Assembly (NCBI GenBank): GCA_040376695.1
Contig: JBEIQD010000001.1
Span: 15,615-79,614 of the forward strand
Source: Candidatus Nomurabacteria bacterium
GTDB taxonomy: Bacteria > Patescibacteriota > Minisyncoccia > Phycocordibacterales > UBA5272
Length of the DNA: 64,000 bases
Direction: 5' to 3'
Position numbers and translations under genes: made by a program. Under the pieces are notes generated by a model, which saw only the letters and a list, made by a program, of their open reading frames with translations, did not search any database and had not been told where the DNA came from. Below, in pieces: positions 58,630-64,000 of this stretch. The number at the start of each line of letters is the position of its first letter. The stretch's first letter is position 1.

Positions 58630-59169
58630 CTAAGTAGTTCTTTTTAGTTGAGAACGAAGTTCTTTATAATTAGGAATTGTTTGTTCAATCAGTGCCCAAA
58701 ATTTCTTAGAATGATTAAATTCTCCGAGGTGACATAGTTCGTGTACGATAAGATAATCTGCGACTTCAGGTGCTAGAAAGAGTATTCTATAACTAAAATT
58801 AAGATTACTTTGTTTTGAACAGCTCCCCCACCTTGATGTTATGTTTTTTACTGCAATATTCCTCCACGCATATCTGTAATGAATATTGAAATGAAGAAGT
58901 CTTTCTTGGATAAGTGTAAGAGCTTGTTGTTTAAAATCTTCAAAATCCTTTTTGTTATTTTTTGGAATGAGAGAACGAGGAGATTGTTCTATTCTTTTTT
59001 GTATAAGAGATACTTTCTTTTCTATCCAAATATTTTTTTCCTGAACAAATTCTTCAGCTCTTTGTATATTCATTCGATGCGGCACTGTTACAATAACCCT
59101 CATGTCAGAGCCAATAGTTATCCGTAGATGACGCGCGCGGACACTTCTCTTGAATTCGTAGCTAATCAT
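58630..59169 (-). CDS. DUF45/YgjP-family (WLM-like) zinc-dependent hydrolase
   Basis: HELCHLGEFNHSKKFW matches the family signature HExxHLxxxNHSxxFW. Confidence 0.8.
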   Translation of the reverse strand: MISYEFKRSVRARHLRITIGSDMRVIVTVPHRMNIQRAEEFVQEKNIWIEKKVSLIQKRIEQSPRSLIPKNNKKDFEDFKQQALTLIQERLLHFNIHYRYAWRNIAVKNITSRWGSCSKQSNLNFSYRILFLAPEVADYLIVHELCHLGEFNHSKKFWALIEQTIPNYKELRSQLKRTT

Positions 59170-60071
59170 TAGTACCAGCAGATTACTGGATTTTGCCCCC
59201 AGGTTTGTTGTATATAAGAACGTACATCATAGAGCGACCCTATTTCGTCAATAAGTCCAGCTTTCTGTGCAGCAACACCTAAAAGAGTAGAGCCGTCTGC
59301 TAGTTCTCGTATTTTTTCTATAGCTAGATTTCTGTTGAGTGCAACTGATTCAAGAAAGTTCTCATGGACGATTTTCACGTCGCGTAAAATAAGATTTTTT
59401 TCATCATCTGTAATTGCTTTGTCAGGGTTCCCAACATCTTTATATTTTCCAGTAGAAAGCTGGATAAAAGTAGTATCTTTATCAATGTTTTCTCCATATG
59501 AGGCAGTCACTCCAATTCCTCCTACATCAGAATTTTTAGAAGCGAAGATTGGTTTTGCTGGACTTATTGCCCAGTAAGCAGCTGATGCACCAATGCTCCT
59601 TATAAGGCCAATAACAGGTTTATTTGAGCGCTTAATAGATTCGGCTATTTCTTCTCCTGCAACAGGACTACCTCCACCTGAATCAATTTCAACGATAATG
59701 GCATTAACCTGAGATGCCTTCTGCGCCTCGTCAATAATCATTGTTATATATTCACTAGAGATAATGTTTTTTTCATCTGCAGAAATTGATTGATCATCTT
59801 TCCACCATGGCGGTACGTAACTGGTAATTCCACCTCGTACGGCTACTCCTACCACATTACAAGCTTCTCCTGTGGTGGCGTTGTTAAGATCAAGTCCGCT
59901 CCCTTCATTTTTTTGACTTGAAGACGCCATGCCATCTTTGAAACCTTGTACAAATTCTTCTTTATTGGTTGTCATGAAAAGATAGGTAAAAAGAATGAGG
60001 CATCCTATTGTCCAACCAACAAATAACCATAGCGGGTTAGTCCATATTTTTTTCTTATTTTTTGTCTCCAT
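59169..60071 (-). CDS. sppA: signal peptide peptidase SppA (S49, 36K type)
   Basis: N-terminal TM and an S49 ClpP/crotonase fold with the Ser nucleophile (GASAAY) and Lys (K…) region. Confidence 0.85.
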   Translation of the reverse strand: METKNKKKIWTNPLWLFVGWTIGCLILFTYLFMTTNKEEFVQGFKDGMASSSQKNEGSGLDLNNATTGEACNVVGVAVRGGITSYVPPWWKDDQSISADEKNIISSEYITMIIDEAQKASQVNAIIVEIDSGGGSPVAGEEIAESIKRSNKPVIGLIRSIGASAAYWAISPAKPIFASKNSDVGGIGVTASYGENIDKDTTFIQLSTGKYKDVGNPDKAITDDEKNLILRDVKIVHENFLESVALNRNLAIEKIRELADGSTLLGVAAQKAGLIDEIGSLYDVRSYIQQTWGQNPVICWY

Positions 60072-60131
60072 GTATATTGTGTAAAGTGTAACTTTTCCGT
60101 CTTTAAAATAACAGCAGGTTATCCTATTTCT

Positions 60132-60638
60132 TTATAGTTTTCTACTATCGTATGCCCAATGAAGAAGTGCCTGACGTTGTCGAGTATTGCACGATACATC
60201 TCCTGCACGACATTTATTTCTAATTTGAGCCACATGACGAGTCATTGCTTTCCAGCGTTTAATTTGTCGAGCATCTTCAGTTGGTATTCTGCGCCCCATA
60301 TAGTAGCGACAATACCATTGGAACCAGCCACGAGGATCTTCGGGGTATATCCAGCCTTTAGCAATCCAAACCGATAATGGTTGGCTAGCGTGTACTTTAA
60401 AATAATTAATATCCTTATTTCTTTTTTCTGGTGATAGTTTTGCATGTGTAAACCAACTCCTTGGAAACTCTTCCTTGCAATCAGTCATGTATTTCCCACC
60501 AAAGACACCGAGCTCAAGCATTTCAAAAGGAGTAAGGTCTGGTTTAAATAACGGATCAAAGTTTTTACCCACAGGTTCTGTGAGTTCATAAGAATACTTA
60601 TTCTGCATTTTGTCATGCACTGTAACGATCTTTCCCAT
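60132..60638 (-). CDS. hypothetical basic Trp/Tyr/Arg-rich protein
   Basis: 168 aa (…GWFQWYCRYYMGRR…). Translationally coupled 5 nt after the acidic upstream gene. Confidence 0.5.
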   Translation of the reverse strand: MGKIVTVHDKMQNKYSYELTEPVGKNFDPLFKPDLTPFEMLELGVFGGKYMTDCKEEFPRSWFTHAKLSPEKRNKDINYFKVHASQPLSVWIAKGWIYPEDPRGWFQWYCRYYMGRRIPTEDARQIKRWKAMTRHVAQIRNKCRAGDVSCNTRQRQALLHWAYDSRKL

Positions 60639-60643
60639 ATGTG

Positions 60644-60967
60644 TTAGTGCAAGTCTTTTTTCTTAAATGTAATTTCAGGCTGCTTCCCCGCTTCTTTTTC
60701 AAAAGGAGTCATAAGGTCATATGCCTGCATGAGTGTTTCAGAAATAATATCAGCTAGTTCAATAGCAGACCCAACATCTCCTGTGTCTACAGTAAATTCG
60801 TTTGCCTCGTCCAATACAATTTTTAAAATTCCTTGAGCGCTTTCAGTGACGAGTGATTTGAGCAGCTGTTGGACTTCATTGTTGAGAGAAAGACTTTCAA
60901 TGTAAGCTATATAAGTCTGTATTTCTGGTAAGAGTTCTTTTTCAAACTTGTTAAATGATCCTTCCAT
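60644..60967 (-). CDS. hypothetical small acidic protein
   Basis: 107 aa, strongly acidic. Starts 4 nt after the tspO stop. Confidence 0.5.
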   Translation of the reverse strand: MEGSFNKFEKELLPEIQTYIAYIESLSLNNEVQQLLKSLVTESAQGILKIVLDEANEFTVDTGDVGSAIELADIISETLMQAYDLMTPFEKEAGKQPEITFKKKDLH

Positions 60968-60971
60968 GCAG

Positions 60972-61367
60972 TTACCAGTTTAAGTATGTAATGGTGAGTT
61001 GAAGGATTGTCGCAAAACTTACCCAAGCAAGGTATGGAGTGTTCGCAAGCGCAATCCATCTATATTTTTTCCAAATAACAACCATAGCCCAGATAAGAGT
61101 TCCAAGAACAAGGAGTATATCAAGTGCAGCAAGAAAGTTATTTTGTAAACCAAATTGAATAGGAGTGAACAGAAGATTAAAGAGAAGGTTTAATTTGAAA
61201 GGTAAAACGACTTTCCAAGAAAGTTCACCCTTCCACCATTTATAGATGACGTATCCAAAGGTAATTGCAATAATTGCGTAGAGTATGGTCCATACTGGGC
61301 CAAAGAGCCAAGCTGGCGGCGCCCAGTCTGGTTTGATATATGTTGCGTATTCTGTGTAAGTGTTCAT
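60972..61367 (-). CDS. tspO: TspO/MBR-family tryptophan-rich sensory protein (short form)
   Basis: WAPPAWLFGPVWTILY signature. 131 aa with about 4 TM helices. Confidence 0.8.
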   Translation of the reverse strand: MNTYTEYATYIKPDWAPPAWLFGPVWTILYAIIAITFGYVIYKWWKGELSWKVVLPFKLNLLFNLLFTPIQFGLQNNFLAALDILLVLGTLIWAMVVIWKKYRWIALANTPYLAWVSFATILQLTITYLNW

Positions 61368-61517
61368 GGTGTGTTTAGAAAATCATTCCAAGTAGACTGA
61401 GAATAAAATTAAGGAAATATTTAACTATATCCACAAATATAGAAAGAATTGAAATAATAAAATTGAGAAGCAGTTGTATGAGTTCCATAAGATTAAGTAT
61501 GCCAGATTATCTTCCAC

Positions 61518-61547
61518 TAAGAAACCCGCCATGTGGCGGGTTTCTTA
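61518..61547. terminator. bidirectional terminator
   Basis: taagaaacccgcc-atgt-ggcgggtttctta. Confidence 0.7.
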
Positions 61548-61569
61548 GAAATAATTCGAAGCAAGAGTA

Positions 61570-61980
61570 TTATTTAACTTCTACAGTACTATCTGTGTTT
61601 GAGTTAAAACTGAACACTGATTTGAACCATAGTCCTATGCGAGTGAAAAATGAAGCGTTTTCATCGTAACTTGAGTCGGTATCAACCTCAACTGAAGTAT
61701 TAGCTCCTGCTGTAGCGTTGTCATTATCTGTTGTTACTGTTCCGTTCGCACCAACTGATGCATTTAACATGGTCGAAGCTTGATCTCTACTATTTGTAGA
61801 AGTGGCTTGTGTTGATGTGTCACCACGAAGTTCCGCTGATGATTTAGTTTCCGCTGAAGTGTTTGATCCGCCAAAGAATGTAAAATCTCCAAAACTAAGA
61901 GCGCTCGCGCTCGTTGCTCCGAAAACCATTGCCAATAGGACAGCACTTGTTCCTAGCGTCTTTTTGTTGATTGTTTTCAT
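61570..61980 (-). CDS. secreted Ser/Thr/Asn-rich low-complexity protein
   Basis: Signal peptide (AVLLAMVFGATSASA) then a low-complexity S/T/N/D-rich sequence. Confidence 0.5.
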   Translation of the reverse strand: MKTINKKTLGTSAVLLAMVFGATSASALSFGDFTFFGGSNTSAETKSSAELRGDTSTQATSTNSRDQASTMLNASVGANGTVTTDNDNATAGANTSVEVDTDSSYDENASFFTRIGLWFKSVFSFNSNTDSTVEVK

Positions 61981-62079
61981 ATGTGTTGTATTAGTGTTTG
62001 GTAATAATAACCTTCTTTTGGTTATGTACTATATGATGACGCTTGTAAACAAAATATCTTACAAGCACTAGTATGAGGC

Positions 62080-62958
62080 TTATGCTTTACACGTAAACAT
62101 ATCTTGATTAAATCCACCAATACCTATTGAGGTCACACTGCCGTCGTCTAGAGTTCCTTTCTTCCACATAAGAATTTTTTCATATGGACGACAAGAGAAA
62201 CATCCGCCAATGTTTGTTTCCGGGTCATAGTTACCTTGTGGGCAGCTAAACTCGCCACTTTTTCGTGCTGCTTTTACACGAAGCGCTACTTCAAGTACAT
62301 CACGATATGCAGTCTCTGCATCAGGAAGTTCTTTTTCTACAATTTTGTTCTCTTCCAGATACCAGTAACTTGCTTTACTTACTTTACGCTTTTGAAGTGC
62401 GTTGCAAAGAAGAAGATAAATTGGAAGCTGAAGCGACCCTTCTTTCTCTTCATGTTTCCCTGTTTTGAAATCAATGATATGAAGCGTGTCATCGGGTAAA
62501 TATTCTAACCAGTCTACTTGCCCGTTTAAAATAATATTCTCATCTTCAGAAAGATAGTAATTTGGATTCATTTTCTCTTTTGGAAGTTTGATACGCTTAT
62601 TCACAAGAAATTTAGGGTCCTTGATAACCGTGTTAATCATCTCTTTACCTCGCATTTTAAACTGCTCTTCCATTTCAGGGGTTTCAAATCCTCCCTTGAT
62701 TCCCGTCACCTTCTCCCACTTTGCCTCAAAGAGGGCGCGCAAATCCCTATCCATGCGTTCGTTTGAAGGATATTCCCCAAGACCCTCAAGCACTTCGTGT
62801 ACAGCTATACCTAATGACATGTGTGGAGAAACAATAGACATTTTGCGTCCAGTTGCAGGATCTTTGTACATATTGTGTAAATAGTACGAGCGAGGGCATT
62901 TAAGAAAATCCCCCATCGAAGAATGTGATACCCAAACTGCTGTGTATTTGTCAGCCAT
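62080..62958 (-). CDS. Cas4-like PD-(D/E)xK nuclease with a probable 4Fe-4S cluster (RecB-family exonuclease fold)
   Basis: N-terminal Cys (FLKCP), a D…IDFKTGK (D/E-x-K) catalytic box, a QLPIYLL (QhxxY) motif and a C-terminal CPQG…C..C Cys triad. Confidence 0.7.
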   Translation of the reverse strand: MADKYTAVWVSHSSMGDFLKCPRSYYLHNMYKDPATGRKMSIVSPHMSLGIAVHEVLEGLGEYPSNERMDRDLRALFEAKWEKVTGIKGGFETPEMEEQFKMRGKEMINTVIKDPKFLVNKRIKLPKEKMNPNYYLSEDENIILNGQVDWLEYLPDDTLHIIDFKTGKHEEKEGSLQLPIYLLLCNALQKRKVSKASYWYLEENKIVEKELPDAETAYRDVLEVALRVKAARKSGEFSCPQGNYDPETNIGGCFSCRPYEKILMWKKGTLDDGSVTSIGIGGFNQDMFTCKA

Positions 62959-63001
62959 AATAGAGATAGTATATCAGTAAGTAATTTCATTATTCTGTTA
63001 A

Positions 63002-63030
63002 TTGACGATAGACAATTTATATTGTATAAT
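63002..63030 (+). promoter_or_regulatory. sigma-70-like promoter TTGACG-17-TATAAT
   Basis: Consensus-quality hexamers about 48 nt upstream of the ATG at 63079. Confidence 0.45.
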
Positions 63031-63078
63031 TAGAAACTGTAAGTTCAACTATTCTCATATATAAGAAAGGTATTCACC

Positions 63079-63492
63079 ATGAGCGCAGCTGTTACGGGGA
63101 AGATTGCCCCAGGCACAAAACATGAAGAACTGATGAAAGTTCTCCAGCGGGCTATCACAGGTATCCAAGAGATGATTCAAAAACGCACGACACCCGCAAC
63201 CTTCTCACGGTTCGCGCGCGCGCTTTCTGAGGAAGAGCTGAAAAAACTTCCGCAGGCGCTCGCTTTGTTGGAACATGCTTCCAAATATGCCACTCATCAA
63301 AAACTGGAAGATCTCACTGTTGCAATGGTGTGTGAATCCAAGGCCCTGGTTGGACGTTTCAAGCTTGCCCACCTCAGAACGGTTATGGATATGTGGCGTC
63401 TGTCGCCAGATGTTCTCATTGGACTCCTCGAGCAATGTGAAGAGCTGGGCGTCAAAAATGAACTCCACATGTACCTCTTTGTCCGTCGCTAA
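63079..63492 (+). CDS. hypothetical soluble helical protein, GC-elevated (~50 %)
   Basis: 137 aa. SD aagaaagg. Own promoter and terminator. Confidence 0.5.
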   Translation: MSAAVTGKIAPGTKHEELMKVLQRAITGIQEMIQKRTTPATFSRFARALSEEELKKLPQALALLEHASKYATHQKLEDLTVAMVCESKALVGRFKLAHLRTVMDMWRLSPDVLIGLLEQCEELGVKNELHMYLFVRR

Positions 63493-63509
63493 AAACCACG
63501 AACTACAAA

Positions 63510-63538
63510 AGTCCCTCATAGGAGGGCTTTTCTTTTTG
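63510..63538 (+). terminator. rho-independent terminator
   Basis: agtccctc-atag-gagggcttttctttttg. Confidence 0.65.
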
Positions 63539-63658
63539 TTAGAACATGTTGATTATCTATTGACTTTACCTTGAAATTATTGTAAATTAAAGACGATAAG
63601 AAATATGGGGACTTCCTCATTTGAATAACACGGTTCTTTTAAAAAAGAGGAGTTTTAA

Positions 63659-64000
63659 TTGAAAAAACAACCACCACCAAACATGCAACAGATTTTTGCT
63701 TTGCAGCGCGCTCTCATGGCCGCCATAGCAGATTCAAAACTACTTCCTCGTGGTAATGAGGAGTTTGAAAAAACGAAAGCTTCTGCCCGTGCGGTGCTTT
63801 CATTGGCATGGGTCGAACTTGAAGGTCGCCGGCGAGGAAAAACGCGAGATGATCTTCCGACCACCTTCTTGTTTAGCCCTCGCTGTCTTGATTTGGAGGC
63901 AGGAGTGAAGCTGAGAGTACTCCTGCACGATGAGTTTCCAGAAATGGAGAAATTAAGCGGACTCCGTCAGTTTTCACTCATTGAAGTGGAGAGGATTTTC
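63659..64000 (+). CDS. hypothetical protein, 3'-partial (runs off the window), GC-elevated
   Basis: Open frame from a TTG at 63659 with SD AAGAGGAG and a 7-nt spacer (first ATG at 63683) to the window end with no stop. Absent from the ORF track because it is incomplete. Confidence 0.4.
   Translation, partial: MKKQPPPNMQQIFALQRALMAAIADSKLLPRGNEEFEKTKASARAVLSLAWVELEGRRRGKTRDDLPTTFLFSPRCLDLEAGVKLRVLLHDEFPEMEKLSGLRQFSLIEVERIF

Noticed and set aside
63040-63060. Possible second LexA box (GAAACTGTAAGTTCAAC) in the Cas4-like / 63079 divergent region
   Set aside because: The half-site spacing is 5 nt (AAC-N5-GTT), not the GAAC-N4-GTTC seen at lexA. It is more likely a chance partial match.
1-64000. 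CRISPR arrays, rRNA, tRNA, transposase or integrase genes
   Set aside because: I looked for regularly spaced direct repeats, rRNA or tRNA signatures (GTTCGA-type T-loops, acceptor stems) and DDE/tyrosine recombinase motifs. None was found, so the Cas4-like gene is an orphan in this window.

Overview
This is a 64-kb, gene-dense chromosomal segment of about 40 % GC, almost entirely housekeeping genes. The content suggests a small-genome bacterium, possibly Patescibacteria/CPR-like; that is an inference from truncated aminoacyl-tRNA synthetases and short or leaderless 5' UTRs, not something I can verify.

Recognisable content on the + strand:
- Cell shape and division: two divergent mreB paralogs, mreC, PBP2, mraZ-rsmH-ftsL-ftsI, and a separate dacA-like/mraY/ftsW/murG block.
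- Seven aaRS genes: proS, lysS, alaS, trpS, aspS, gltX; the alaS is only 630 aa.
- Translation and chaperones: frr, greA, ychF, the infA-rpmJ-rpsM-rpsK-rpsD-rpoA-rplQ-rplM-rpsI ribosomal cluster, and grpE-dnaK-dnaJ.
- Other: rseP, scpAB, an SSS symporter, a GH18-like protein, an EnvC-like M23 peptidase, and a marR / HlyD-type MFP / RND efflux operon.

The minus-strand stretch 53.6-62.9 kb carries a HI0933-like flavoprotein, TrmH, an SPFH protein (on +), lexA, a DUF45/YgjP metallohydrolase, sppA, tspO and a standalone Cas4-like PD-(D/E)xK nuclease.

I found no rRNA, tRNA, CRISPR array, transposase or integrase.

Items worth a second look:
1. A tandem pair of unannotated 32-33 codon single-TM micro-ORFs at 46505-46711.
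2. Directly downstream of those, a convergent pair: a TM-anchored 203-aa protein and a Gly-rich membrane protein. A roughly 400-bp non-coding gap then precedes marR.
3. The marR promoter carries a perfect palindrome and looks leaderless.
4. A textbook GAAC-N4-GTTC LexA box sits in the spacer of a leaderless lexA promoter.
5. A translationally coupled acidic (107 aa) / basic Trp-Tyr-Arg-rich (168 aa) protein pair in the lexA neighbourhood.
6. Four compositionally anomalous ORFs (about 47-51 % GC) encoding motif-less soluble proteins, each with its own promoter or terminator: 441-992, 31654-32349, 63079-63492 and 63659-end.
7. A candidate ~65-nt sRNA between a consensus promoter and a strong terminator at 18418-18520.

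No single compelling multi-gene novel system (for example an obvious defence island) could be established from sequence alone; the best candidates are listed as findings with explicit tests.
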